A stretch of 64,000 bases of DNA from Octopus sinensis (lineage: Eukaryota). The stretch's first letter is position 1. Every line of letters begins with the position of its first letter. Below the pieces are notes generated by a model. The model was not told the origin of the DNA. It did not search any database and saw nothing but the letters and a program-made list of their open reading frames with translations. Both the position numbers and the translations under genes were made by a program. The stretch is from positions 10,540,001-10,604,000 of the forward strand of contig NC_043016.1 in assembly GCF_006345805.1 (NCBI RefSeq), in the 5' to 3' direction. Positions 39,637-52,747 of this stretch are shown here, piece by piece.

Positions 39637-40015
39637 CAGTCATTTGACTGCGGCCAAGCTGGAGCACCGCCTTTAGTTGAGCAACTTGACCCTGGGACTT
39701 ATTCTTTATAAGCCCAGTACTTATTCTATCGGTCTCTTTTGCCAAACCGCTAAGTGACGGGGACGTAAACACACCAGCATCGGTTGTCAAGCAATGCTAG
39801 GGGTACAAACACAGACACACAAACACATACATATACATATATATATATACATATATACGACAGGCTTCTTTCAGTTTCCGTCTACCAAATCCACTCACAA
39901 GGCATTGGTCGGCCTGGGGCTATAACAGAAGACACTTGCCCAAGATGCCACGCAGTGGGACTGAACCCGGAACCATGTGGTTGGTTAGCAAGCTACTTAC
40001 CACACAGCCACTCCT
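39637..40015 (-). mobile_element. SINE family A
   Basis: Reverse-oriented full structure. Confidence 0.85.
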
Positions 40016-41039
40016 AAACACTTAAGATGATATAAGTTAAAAAAATAAAAGAAGAAATTGGGAAATAAGTGATCACCATTATAATCTCTTCTTTTTCAAA
40101 CAGAAAATGAAACGTAATTTAAGAACAAAAAACAAAATAAAAGAAATGACCACCCTGAAATATATCCGTTTCAACACATGATCTCACATCAGGAATCTTT
40201 CAAAGTGAATACGTAAATTTAGAAATTTTAAAAATTTCATAGATCCTAAAACTTTGGCTTTTTTTCAAAATTTTTTTTAAAATCATAGTTTTAAAATATG
40301 CACAAGCCAAATCTACAGTTTGTGTGTGTTTATAATTTCAAAATAATTTTCAGACGTAAAGGTGATTTAAGGGGCATTTAGCTGTTGTTTCTAGCACATC
40401 CCACGACCACCAGTTGTTTTCTTCGTTTTTTTTTTGTTGACATTCTGACATGTAGTGGTGTTTTTCAATATTTTTTCCCCTTAAACAACAAGAAATTTAT
40501 TATTTATATCTTCAACACCACCCTGCATCAGGTGAGTTTGTGTGTGTGTGTGTGTGCGTCTGTAAAAAAAAACATATTTATTAAAAGAAAAGTATGCTTT
40601 TAAAATAAATTATCTTTTACATACCATTTTTAAATTACTCTCTCATCCTAATGCAATTCCTTACACACATGCATACACACATCAAACAATATACTTTTAT
40701 AGAGAATGAGAAAAGTTTCCATGAGAAAATGAAAGAGATAGACAAATAGGGAGAGAGAGAGAGAGAGAGAGGTCTTTTCTGTTGCTGCTACAGATTGTAA
40801 AATTTTAAAATTACATGCAAATTTTTTAATTTGGTGTATGGATGTACTTTTTCATGATAAATCTGAGTTTGCGATTGATTTATTCCAGAATGATTTAAGA
40901 AAAATGTTACAGAGGTTTAAAATTTTACCATATTAAACCAATTAGAATTTGGAAGCTAAGCATTTTGTGCATAAGCAAGGTATCATAAAATGAAAGTAAA
41001 CATTAGAAGATGAAGTTTTAAACAAAATGAAAGTTATGC

Positions 41040-41360
41040 ACTAGTGATCACTTGAAACACCATGGTGTTGACTGGATGTTTGATTTTCATCACTCTTGGT
41101 ACATGTTTTGGGGACGAAGCAAGCCAATGGTTGTTCTGTGTGTTCACCATCTGTTTGTACTGGAGCTTCCGGCATGAATGCCAAGCAGTACAGCATGTTG
41201 TTTCCAAATTTCTGGAAGAGTGAATTGCATCATGGTGCTGCTTTTCTCACAGATGGTGCCCAACTGACCCTACTATACTGTATAGTCAACAAAATCAAAA
41301 ACAATGTGCATGAGTGAAAGTAAAAATATAAAATGACAACAATTTACCCATCGCACCCTG
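41040..41360 (-). mobile_element. Tc1/mariner left-end fragment
   Basis: Homologous to about 6980-7285. Ends caccctg-ta. Confidence 0.75.
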
Positions 41361-43072
41361 TAAGATGTGTGTGTGTGTGTGTGATGAATTCCCTCATTGT
41401 TAGGCAATATATGAGAGGTCAACAATTTCTTACCGAACAACCGCACAGGTGATTTGTTTATAGTGATCAAATGTTTGTGTAGACATAAGCTCAGTCCTTC
41501 CATCAGATTGACATTACCTGTACAGGTGCACCATGTGCCATATGTCAGATGACTAAATGATCACAGAGCAACGTGAAATGAAGTACTTTACTCAAGAACA
41601 CAACACAACGCCCAGTCTGGGAATTAAACCCACGATCTCACAATCGTGAATGCAATACCTTAACCACTAAGCCATCCATGTATGTTCACAAACGTATCTT
41701 CATCACTCTGCTACCCTCCTCCCCCTTCACTAGGCTTATAATAGTCTGCATCGGACTCTCTGTACTCAATACTCTCTTCTTGACCCTATGTATACTGACA
41801 TCTGTTACTGTCTTTGTGCCACTCCTGTTTTGTTGTCCATCACCTACTCTTGACTTTCTCCACCTCTCTCCTTCCCCGTGTCTCTTATTGTACTCTTTCT
41901 CCTTTCACCCACTCATTTCTGACCTTCTGCTGTTCCTCTCCTCAATCACATTATCTGAGCAACAGTACATACCTTAGGTTGTTTAGTACTATCTGTATTT
42001 ATAATGTACAAAACACCCCTTATTATATGCTGATGCTTAGCTAAAAACTCCCCACCACCATCACCACCTAACTTCCCTTGCACGTTCTCTGGATTGATCA
42101 GTGAATGAGCAGAAGTAAAGTGTAGTTGAAAGACTTTTCATCTTGTGTAGCCGAAAATTTGACAACCTCCCTAATGTTGGTGCCAAAAAAGCCAAAAGAA
42201 AAAAAACCAAACAAACATAGTACACACTGTTATGTGGATGGCAAACAAATAGAGAAAGCATACTGTTGTGAAGTATTTTCTTTTTGCCCTATCTTGCTTA
42301 GAAATTAACAACCTACCTAGTGCTGGTCCCATGAGAAAATGCTTCCAGTGCACTCTGTAAAGTGGTTAGTGGCTGGATGAGCATTCACCCATCAAAACAA
42401 ATCTCAAAATGACGTATGAGCACTAGTCTATGAAATCAGGAGCTCTCGATAAAACAGATAGGAATCATGGTAACCTATCCAACACATACTAGCATGGAAA
42501 ATGAACATTGAATGACGATGATGAAGATGATGATAATGATGATGTTTTCTTGACATTGCTAAACCAGTAGCTAACTACTTAAATGATATTAAGAACTGCT
42601 ATCATTTACTTTAAATCATCCTTCTCACCATAAGCCAAGAATCTTAAAAGATATATTGTAATATAGATGATAGAGTTGTCAAAACGCAACCACATTTCCA
42701 GGAAATCTCTGCATTTCAGCAGCAACTCTACATGGGAGAATGATATTGGTTTCAAACTTTGGTACAAGATCTGTGAGTTTGGTGCTGAGTGGGGGTAGGG
42801 GGTAAGTTGATTACATCAACCCTAATGTTCAACTGGTACTTATTTTATCAATCTCAAAAAGGGTGAAAGGCAAAGTCTACCCTGGTGGTATTTCAACTCG
42901 GAGTGTAAAGTTGGAAGAAATACTGCTAAGCACTTTTTTTTATCTTTCATGGTAGCAATTCTGCCAGCTCACTGCCCAAAATGGATGAACGATATTAACA
43001 ATTCATTTGATGTCATGATGGGTTACTCTGATGGAACAGAGGTTTGAGTTCTGTTTGAATCGTTTGTCTTAA

Positions 43073-43540
43073 CCCTTTCGTTACCGTATTTATTTTGAGA
43101 TACTTTGTGTTTCTTTCAATTATTTTAAATATAACAAAGAATTTAGTAAAATAACTTAGTTATCATTCAGCTAGTGTTGGGAACATAAATTGTGACTAAG
43201 GTTTGGTGGAAGATTTTAATTCAAAACTTATGAAAACAAGACATTTGTACTACAGAGCCAGAGGTGGTTTCAGGTAGGTTGGTATCAAAAGGGTTAAGAA
43301 TTCTCTATTATATATTTTAACCCTTTTGTTACCATATTTCTGTTGAGATGTTGTGTGTTTCTTTCAATTACTTTAAATATAACAAAGAATTTAGTAAAAT
43401 AACTTAGTTATCATTCAGCTAGTGTTAGGAACATAAATTGTGACTAAGGTTTGGTGGAAGAATTTAATTCAAAACTTATGAAAACAAGTCATTTGTACTC
43501 AGAGCCAGAGTCGGTTTCAGCCGGGTTGGTAACGGAAGGG
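43073..43540 (+). mobile_element. Dimer of piggyBac-type MITEs (TTAA-CCC...GGG-TTAA)
   Basis: Two units of about 220 bp (43073-43293 and 43321-43540), with TTAA at 43069, 43294 and 43317. Confidence 0.75.
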
Positions 43541-44134
43541 ATAAGTAAGCTAAAATTTGGCTCTCACTCTTCGGACATAAGCTTGTACACAGTTGATTGT
43601 TTAGCTATTTCTAACAATTTAAAGGAATATAACATAACTAAAATATGGCCCAAATTTACCACTTGGCAGAATCATTAGCACGCCAGGTGAAATGCTTAGC
43701 AGCATTTTGTTTACCTTGATGTTCTGAGTTCAAATCCCACCAAGGTTGACTTCGCCTTTCGTCCTTTTGGCGTTGATAAATTAAGTACCAGTGAAACACG
43801 GGGGTCTAATAATTTACCCCCCCCCCCAATTTTAGGCCTTGTGCCTTTATTAGAAAGGATTATTATATCAGTACCAGATGTCCCATTCTTGAACAGCTCA
43901 ACTTATTCATGATCTTCTTCATCTACTATCCTTCCTTAGAATTCACTTGTTTCTACAAACCCACCCACTTGCACTCCTCTCTCGACTTCATCTCATCCAT
44001 GTGTGTGGAAGCATATGTGTATGTACAAATATGCAATTGCGTGTGTGTGTGTGTGTGTGGGCATAAGCATATATATGTATTTATATGTATATGTTTGTTT
44101 ATGTATGTATATGAATGCGTGTGTGTGTGTGTAA

Positions 44135-44167
<33 letters not shown>

Positions 44168-44206
44168 ATACTTAATAAATAGGGTTCAGTAAAGATTTGC
44201 TTTACC

Positions 44207-44231
<25 letters not shown>

Positions 44232-44237
<6 letters not shown>

Positions 44238-44613
44238 TAGAAGTAAATATATGGCACAACGAAGTACCGATATTTACTGGAAAATAGCGAACGTAATAAT
44301 ACGACGCTAATGTATAGCTTCACCGCGTATGTACTAGCAAAAATGCGTGAGTGCAACAAACTTGAAAAAAATTGTCTTACCTCCAGGGAGAACATCTGAA
44401 AGATGAAACACCCCTAAAGGTTATCCCTTTCTAGGTGTTTCATCTTTCAGATGTTCTCCCTGGAGGTAAGACAATTTTTTTCAAGTTTGTTGCACTCACG
44501 CATTTTTGTTAGTACATACGCGGTGAAGCTATACATTAGCGTCGTATTATTACGTTCGCTATTTCCAGTAAATATCGGTACTTCGTTGTGCCATATATTT
44601 ACTTCTATGTATA
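44232..44613. repeat. Near-perfect 382-bp palindrome
   Basis: 44232-44412 versus 44434-44613 shows about one substitution and one indel. The ORF track gives the same MFSLEVRQFFSSLLHSRIF peptide on both strands. Confidence 0.9.
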
Positions 44614-45904
44614 ATTTTCCCTCACGGGCTATTCTTTACTGGAAAGCAATACTCTCGTATTGCATTACTATTTTATATATATATATATGTAGACATAAGT
44701 GTGACTGTGTGGTGAAAAGTTTGCTTTTCCAATCATATGGTTCTGGGTTCAGTCCTACTGTGTAGTACCTTGGCCAAGTGTCACTACTATAGCCACACGC
44801 TAATCAAAGGCGTGTGAATGGATTTGATGGATGGAAATGGCAAGGAACCTGTTTCATATTTGTGTATTTGTATGTATATATTACTTAATATTTATTTACT
44901 TATTTATCTAGATTGGTATGTATATACATCTGTGTGTGTGTGTGTGTCTGTGTGTTTGCCTTTGTTTCCCACCTCTTTTCCCATTCTTGCATGGGTGATA
45001 TAGAAATTTTTGAAGCAGAATTTTCTACGGCTGGATGCCCTTCCTGTCACCAACCCTCACCTGTTTCCAAGCAAATAATATTTCCCCCCTGGCCAGAAAT
45101 GTTCTCCCAGAATATTAGAAAGGAACATTGTTGCTTGAATAACAATGAAGCTCATTTACAATCATCACTTGATGCCTAGACCACACACACATACTTGCCC
45201 ACGCACAGACCCGTGCACACACATATATTTATACACTAGACAGGCTTCTTTCAGTTTCCGTCTACCAAATCCATTCACAATATTTTAGTTGACCTGCATT
45301 TTAGTTTTATGTGCCCAAGATGCCATGCAGTGGGACCAAACCCAAGACCACATAGTTAAAGGAAAGCAGTCTTCTGTACCACACTGCCATGCTTGTGCTT
45401 ACAGTGACAATAAGTAAAGATCTGGGAAATCTGCCTTCCAGAGTCCGTTTTTGCACAGGGCCAACTGTACACTGCATTTTGACAGGTGAAAAAGACAGGT
45501 GAAAAAGGGAGGTATACCAGCACCATCTCTGATCATATTGTACTTTGCTATGGTTTTCTTAATGGTTTTTGAGGGTTGCTTACATGAGGTCTACACCAGA
45601 AACCAAACAATAGGTAGAACGTTGCACATAAAATGGTTTGTTGTCGAATCAAAGCTTTTTTCATCACTAATATGCAAATTCCTATATTTTGACAACTGTG
45701 ATCTTGCTGGTCTTTCCCAGAGTGGTGGGCAGCATCTTGTGTATTCTTCGACAGCATGCGTCTCATTGGGTCTAGCGACCACCCTGTAAAAGAGAGTCCT
45801 AATATATCAACCTGCACCAGGTACAACTTAACTCGAGGCCAAACATCTTTGTGTGTGGACAGAAATTGCATTTTGAGGCAGAATTCTTTCTTTTATTCTT
45901 TTCT

Positions 45905-46295
45905 TTTACTTGTTTCAGTCATTTGACTGCGGCCATGCTGGAGCACCATCTTTAATCGAGCAACTCGAGCCCGGGACTTATTCTTTTGTAAGCCCAGTAC
46001 TTATTCTACCGGTCTCTTTTGCCGAACCGCTAAGTAACAGGGGCATAAACACACCAGCATCGGTTGTCAAGCAATGCTAGTGGGACAAACACAGACACAC
46101 AAACACACGCACGCATATATATATATATATATACATATATACGACAGGCTTCTTTCAGTTTCCGTCTACCAAATCCACTCACAAGGCTTTGGTCGGCCCG
46201 AGGCTATAGTAGAAGACACTTGCCCAAGGTGCCACGCAGTGGAACTGAACCTGGAACCATGTGGTTGGTAAACAAGCTACTTACCATACAGCCAC
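45905..46295 (-). mobile_element. SINE family A
   Basis: Reverse-oriented full structure. Confidence 0.85.
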
Positions 46296-46299
46296 TCCT

Positions 46300-46712
46300 A
46301 CGCCTATTGTGAACATGACAAATAGCCTTGATGATGAAATCTCTCACCAAATGAAGCCAGTGATGCATTCGGAAAATTGGATTGCATTGAATTTCAGTTG
46401 AGACAAAGTTGAAAGTCAGCAATACTTTTGTATTGTCTTAGCGTGAAAAGATGTTTTCACGCTAAGAGTTGCTGAATCATGGAACAAACTGCCAGAATCA
46501 GTTGTTAGTTGTCGGAGCAGGCGTCCTTCAAAACTTCCGTGCTTCCTGTGATTTGCTAACACTACATCTGATTTTCTCCCCTCCATACACACACAAGCAT
46601 GTATCTGACTCATACAATGTTCACTTTCCAGACATTTGTACATTACTGCATATGCTTAATATGCACTTTTGACAAGTTGTGGTGCACCCAAGCACTGTAT
46701 ACAATAATTTCA
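46300..46712 (+). mobile_element. CR1/L2-group LINE 3' end (a deleted second copy lies at 47700-47960)
   Basis: VFTLRVAESWNKLPESVV, followed by a 3'UTR. Confidence 0.65.
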
Positions 46713-46940
46713 TCATCAACTCTCTTTTACTCTTTTACTTGTTTCAGTCATTTGACTGCTGCCATGCTGGAGCACCACCTTTAATCGAGCAACTCGACCC
46801 CGGGACTTATTCTTTTGTAAGCCCAGTACTTATTCTATCGGTCTCTTTTGCCGAACCGCTAAGTAACGGGGACATAAACACACCAGCATCGGTTGTCAAG
46901 CAATGCTAGGGGGACAAACACAGACACACAAACACACACA

Positions 46941-46979
<39 letters not shown>

Positions 46980-47493
46980 TAATAATATTAGGGAATAAAT
47001 CCAAATTTACAGGGAAAAATCAGATTTAGGATTAAATTCAATTTTATAGTAAAATATTATATAATATTAATTCGAGACAAAACCACTATTTTGCAAAACA
47101 AACAAGGAAAGACTTAATCAATACATAAAAATTTTTAATATAAAGAAATAAACCGCCACTACAATCGTTTCATGTCTTCAATGACATTTGTCAGGTGGAT
47201 ATTCGATCTAAAATATCAATATATTAAAATATAAGTTTAAAATAATAAAATTATCAATGAAAAATATAAATATATATAATCTATATATAATCTATATATA
47301 ATCAATATATAATCTGAAATAAACCCTATAAACAATTGAATATAAATAAACCTATTATTAAAGTTCTCATATGTAAAGATGTACAAAAAACAAAAAAACA
47401 AAAAAAAACAAAAACAAAAAACAAAAAAAAAATTTTTATGTATTGATTAAGTCTTTCCTTGTTTGTTTTGCAAAATAGTGGTTTTGTCTCGAA

Positions 47494-47505
<12 letters not shown>
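46980..47505. mobile_element. Penelope-like terminal relic inserted in the (TA)n of a SINE A
   Basis: Inverted repeat of about 75 bp (47060-47136 vs 47430-47503) enclosing a hammerhead motif. The SINE tail lies to the left and the head to the right. Confidence 0.6.
47156..47198 (-). ncRNA. Minimal hammerhead motif with a G8-to-A core change
   Basis: The minus strand reads ccac CTGACAA atgtc-attgaa-gacat GAAAC gatt GTA gtgg. Confidence 0.55.
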
Positions 47506-47540
<35 letters not shown>

Positions 47541-47963
47541 TACGACGGGCTTCTTTCAGTTTCCGTCTACCAAATCCACTCACAAGGCTTTGGTTGGCCC
47601 GAGGTTATAGTAGAAGACACTTGCCCAAGATGCCACGCAGTGGGACTGAACCCGGAACCATGTGGTTGGTAAACAAGCTACTTACCACACAGCCACTCCT
47701 GTGCCTATTGTGAACCTGACAAATAGTCTTGATGATGAAAATTCTCACCAAATCAAGCCAGTTATGCATCCTTCAAAACTTCCATGCTTTCTGAGATTTG
47801 CCAACACTACACCTGATTTTCTCCCCTCCATACACACGCAAGCATGTATCTGACTCATACATTGTTCGCTTTCCAGACATTTGTACATTACTGCATATGC
47901 TTAATACGCACTTTTGACTAGTTGTGGTGCACCCGAGCACTGTATACAATAATTTCATCATCA

Positions 47964-47998
<35 letters not shown>

Positions 47999-48009
47999 GT
48001 TATTATTAT

Positions 48010-48720
48010 TAGTTGAGACATATGGCAAGACTGGAGTGATTTCGCCCGCTGTGTCTCTGCTGTATACTGGGTATCCCATGACAAATATACGTAAGTAGCA
48101 ACACTGAAGCCTGAACACTGTCAGTTTACTAGTAAAAAGTTTCTAGTTCGTCAGCACCAGTTATGATGGAGTAGTTATACGTTCTGGCTGGAAGACAATC
48201 AGATCCCCAAGCAATTTCTGTATGTAGAGTTAACCCCTTATAAAAGACCAGCACAAAAACTGAAATTTGGTTATAAGAACTACACTGGAGAAAGTCAAAA
48301 TCTTGGAAAATGGAAGAGGAAAACCTGATTCTAAATTGTTCATCATGGAGCACAGAGTACTCGCAAGAGTTGCTTGTAAGGATTTTGCTGTTAATTTACC
48401 TGTGTATGTTGGCACACACCTGATTTAGGATCTAACCAGGGTGGCATGTGTGTCTAAGTAAGGTAGACATTAGAAGTTGTCATAGAAGCCACATACACAG
48501 AGGGAAGTTGTATGCATTATATGGCATTTCACCTTGCAGGGAGAGTGGGGAAAAAGTGTGAATCATGAGGCAGATAGAAATATATGAAGATTTACCAAAG
48601 CAATAATGTAACACCTACTGCAAGAGGTGCCCATCATTGCTACATCTGTACAAAAGTGTATAACACTCTTACGGGATTAAAAAGCCTTATCTGTGCTGTT
48701 CGTTTTTAAGAGGACAATCA
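48010..48720 (+). mobile_element. RTE-clade LINE C-terminal relic
   Basis: VRQHQL*W...WLEDNQIPKQFLYVEL and CYICTKVYNTLTGLKS fragments. Confidence 0.55.
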
Positions 48721-49904
48721 AGTCACAGCTATCGTGTGTATGTGTGTTTATGCATGTATATATGTTTATAGTATATAATGTGTGTTTGTGTGTGTATGTT
48801 TATGTTTGTATGTACATGTGTAAGTATGTACATATATATGTGTGTGTATGTATATATATGTGTGTGTATGTATATATATGTGTGTGTATGTATATATATG
48901 TGTGTGTGTGTATGTATATATATGTGTGTGTTTGTATGCATATGTTTGTGTGTATGTATGTATATATGTTTGTGTATATGATTATATGTGTTAGTGTATA
49001 TATATGTATGTGTTTGTGTGTAAGTATGTGTGTTTCTGTGTATGTATGTGTGTTTGTGTATATATATGTGTTTTTGTGTATATGCATATGTTTGAATGTG
49101 TGTGTATGTATATGTTTCTATGTTTGTGTATGTGTGTATATGTGTGTATGTATATGTGTGTGTGTATGTATGTTTGTTCTTAAGTTATATATGCAAACAA
49201 TTTAACATTAAACAGCAGGATTACCAAATACTTTCAAGTGAATACGTATCAACTTGTATGAGGAAAAAATTGACAGTGATTTTAGTTTTTGCATGTGTCA
49301 TTGTTTTAGCATGCACTTTTTCCATTCTGACCTGAGCTGACAGAATTTTGTTGAGATTTTCTAGGGCCAGATGCTCTTCCTATCACCAACCCTTACCTAT
49401 TCCCAGGCAAGATATTTTCCCATCGCCAAGCAAGGTTCTCACACAATTTCAGAAGTGACAGACACCAAGTTCTCCAGATCGATGAATGCTAAGTATTGTG
49501 GTTTACATTTTGTCAAATACTTCCCCTGCACTTGCCAAACTACATCTAATCTAGATTTACTTTATTTCTAATTATTTGGGCTATGGCTCTTTCAGTGACA
49601 TTCATAAACTGGTCCAGTAATTTGATACCTCAAATGTATATATATTTATATATATGTATATAAAATATTAGAAAAAAACCCCACCTTTTATCAATTCAAA
49701 ATAAATAATTAAATTACACCATCTAGAAAATTACATATAATTATTCCTTTTGAATTGATAAAAGGTGTTTTTTTTCTAATATTTCATATATATATTATAT
49801 TGTGTGGAATTTGATTTAGTATTTCTAAATTGAATTCTTTTTCCTTGTAAGTTTGGATTTTATTCCCTCAAATAATAATTATATATATATATGGTGGTTG
49901 TCTA

Positions 49905-50260
49905 CCCCTTATCTCCTGTACCTACATCTTATATCCAGCATGGCGTCTGATGAGGCTTTTAAACTAAACAATGTTTTGAAAAGACACCCACATAGATTGC
50001 ATATTCGATTTGGACCACCAAAAGCTGCAGTTAAGTTCTGATCTTTATGGATCTTGAAATGTCTTTTGAGGCCTCTGTTAGATTTGCAGACCTTCTGGCA
50101 TACACTGCATAGAAAGATGTGCACAGATAATATACTGGTAGAATAATTGGTGGAGGTTTGTTTTCCATGGGTTTGCAAATGAGATTTGAGCCCAGCAAAA
50201 GAAAGGCGTGGTCTGTCGCAAACTGTACGCACGTAAAGGTCATTATGATTCACCTTCTCG
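49905..50260 (-). mobile_element. LINE (RTE-like) C-terminus with C2H2-like fingers
   Basis: VCDRPRLSFAGLKSHLQTH, CSVCQKVCKSNRGLKRHFKIH and CNLCGCLFKTL, with no splice context seen. Confidence 0.55.
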
Positions 50261-50349
50261 ATTGTGACATATATATATATATGAAATTATCATTATCATC
50301 ACCATTCAACATCTGTTTTCCATGCTGGCATGGGTTGGATGTTCAAATC

Positions 50350-50850
50350 TTTCTGCAGTTTTAGGTGTCATTAGGGTTCTTGACTGCTTGTAATACATTT
50401 GTATCATCGGCATAGCTGGTGAGCATAGTAGATAGTTTGATTGACGGCTTGTCCGAGAGAGCCACCAAAAACAGTAGCGGTCCCAGTATAGTTCCCTGAG
50501 GGACTCCATTTAGAATTGTTGTCTCCCCAGAAAGAGCTCCATTGGCTGTAACTGTCTGACTCTTATCTTTTGAAAAGTCATGCAGCTATTCCTGTAGTTT
50601 TCCAGTTATTCCAAAGTCAAATTGTTTGTGACATATCATTACATTGATAACCTTATCGAAGGCCTTGACAAAATCAAGATATAATCATATCTATATGTAA
50701 ATGGTTGAACTGTTGTTAAAGTACCACCCACTCATAATGCTGTAGTAGCTGTGATAAGGTGGCTCCTCTCTGGGCAGAAGCCATTGCATGTTAGTGAGGG
50801 TGTCATTTTCTTCCAGGAGCATGATCAGCTTCCTTCTGACAATCTGTTCC
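50350..50850 (-). mobile_element. CR1-like RT relic
   Basis: LDFVKAFDKV and ILNGVPQGT fragments on the minus strand. Confidence 0.6.
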
Positions 50851-50852
50851 AT

Positions 50853-51249
50853 GGATGGAAGCACTCCGTCGGTTACGACGACGAGGGTTCCGGTTGATCC
50901 GAATCAACGGAACAGCCTGCTCGTGAAATTAACATGTAAGTGGCTGAGCACTCCACAGACACGTGTACCCTTAACGTAGTTCTCGGGGATATTCAGCGTG
51001 ACACAGAGAGTGACAAGGCCGGCCCTTTGAAATACAGGTACAACAGAAACAGGAAGTAAGAGTGAGTGAAAGTTGTGGTGAAAGGGTACAGCAGGGATCA
51101 CCACCACCCCCTGCCGGAGCCTCGTGGAGCTTTTAGGTATTTTCGCTCAATAAACACTCACAGCGCCCGGTCTGGGAATCGAAACTGCGATCCTACAACC
51201 TACGACCGCGAGTCCGCTGCCCTAACCACTGGGCCATTGCGCCTCCACA
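50853..51249 (-). mobile_element. tRNA-derived SINE family D with a 14-bp TSD
   Basis: TSD acaatct(g/a)ttccat occurs at 50839-50852 and 51250-51263. The head reads ggcgcaatggcccagtggttagggcag. Confidence 0.85.
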
Positions 51250-52277
51250 ACAATCTATTCCATTACCTTGTTCACATGGGAAGTCAAAGAGATAGCATCT
51301 GCTCTGCTTCTTCTTTATAAGGCATATTATACCTTCTTTTAATACTTTGCAAAGTTTTTTGCAGACCAGAAAATGGAGGAAGAGTTTTGCAGTGGCCCTG
51401 TGAGAACTTTCTTGTTCTTAACAGAATAACTGGAAAAGCCACCAGGACCCATTACCGAGGTCATCAATGGGCTTTTTTATGTTGATGCCCCTCCCCTCTG
51501 TGGATTTGTGGTGTTAAAGAATCATCAAGCTTGCTTATTTGCATATCTCTCAGTGGGAAAATGAAAACACTTTGGGATTGTTTATTTAACGTTTCTTTCT
51601 TTACTAATTGGGGTCTGCAGTCAGTGAGCCATTTTCTTCAAATAGCGTCCCTATCTTGTAGCACAGAGACAGATTATTTTGCAAATTGGTAGATAACCTG
51701 AGGGTTCAATTTTATATTTTTGACTGCCCTGGTTTCTCTTTCTTTTTCATGGGAGAGGCTGAGTTTATTTTAGTCTGATATGATAAACTTGTTGGTAGTT
51801 CACTTCAATATACACGTTGTTTAAGCTCCATGATTCCTATCACAGCTTCCTTAATCTCCTTCAGCCTGGAAAATAACCAAAAGTTACAGGGAGTGTGGTC
51901 TGAATGGCAGGGAAGGTGAGGGACAGTTTTGTTAAGTATCTGGTTACCAGGATGCTTGTCACAGAGAACCCTGGAAACAAACTAGGCACTAATTCTCTGC
52001 ATGTTTAGATCTTCATGAATAATTCCGCGTACAGTTGCCACACCAACTCCGAAACTGTATGCTTATTGTCTTTATAGACACACAGAACTGTCTTCTTCCA
52101 GAAAGTTGTGCATTTTCTCAACTATCTCTGATTGTCAGACCTTCCTCTCCCTCCTAGACCTCTCATTGCCTCTCAACTCTTCTCTAGCATTCTTCAACCT
52201 CTTGTGCCAGTGAAAAAGTCATTCCATAAGCAGTTTGGAACATTTCATAAGTTACTGTGGCATTTTGCCCAGTTTAA

Positions 52278-52747
52278 CCATTTCAATACCAATCCGGCTG
52301 AAACCGCTTCTGGCTCTGTAGTACAAATGTTTTGTTTTCATAAGTTTTTAATTAAAATCCTCCACCAAACCTTAGTCACAATTTATGTTCCCAACACTAA
52401 CTGAATGATAACTAAGTTATTTTACTAATTTCTTTTTTATATTTAAAATTAATTGAATGAAACACAGAGCATCTCAACAGAAATATGGTAACAAAAGGGT
52501 TAAAATATATAACAGAGAAACAATTCTGAACCGTTTAGATAACAACCCGCTTGAAACTGCCTCTGGCTCTGTAGTACAAATGTTTTGTTTTCAAAAATTT
52601 TGAATTAAAATCCTCCACCAAACCTTAGTCATAATTTATGTTCCTAACACTAGCTTAATGATAATTAAGTTTACTAAATTCTTTGTTATATTTAAAGTAA
52701 TTGAAAGAAACACAGTGCATCTCAAAATAAATACAGTAATGAAAGGG
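52278..52747 (-). mobile_element. Second copy of the piggyBac-type MITE dimer, inverted
   Basis: Same subtype order and a homologous spacer as 43073-43540. Confidence 0.75.

Noticed and set aside
43021-43075. Possible hammerhead ctgatgg...tgaatc...gtc
   Set aside because: The core deviates at A9 and lacks GAAA, and the apparent stem I borrows the adjacent MITE end.
45548-45871. 107-aa ORF as a host gene
   Set aside because: An overlapping frame shows an RT-like DEKSFDS motif, so it is more likely a decayed LINE.
51170-51249. tRNA-like heads (also at about 4000, 18393, 30358 and 35850) as tRNA genes
   Set aside because: They continue into SINE bodies, several have TSDs, and no complete cloverleaf was seen.
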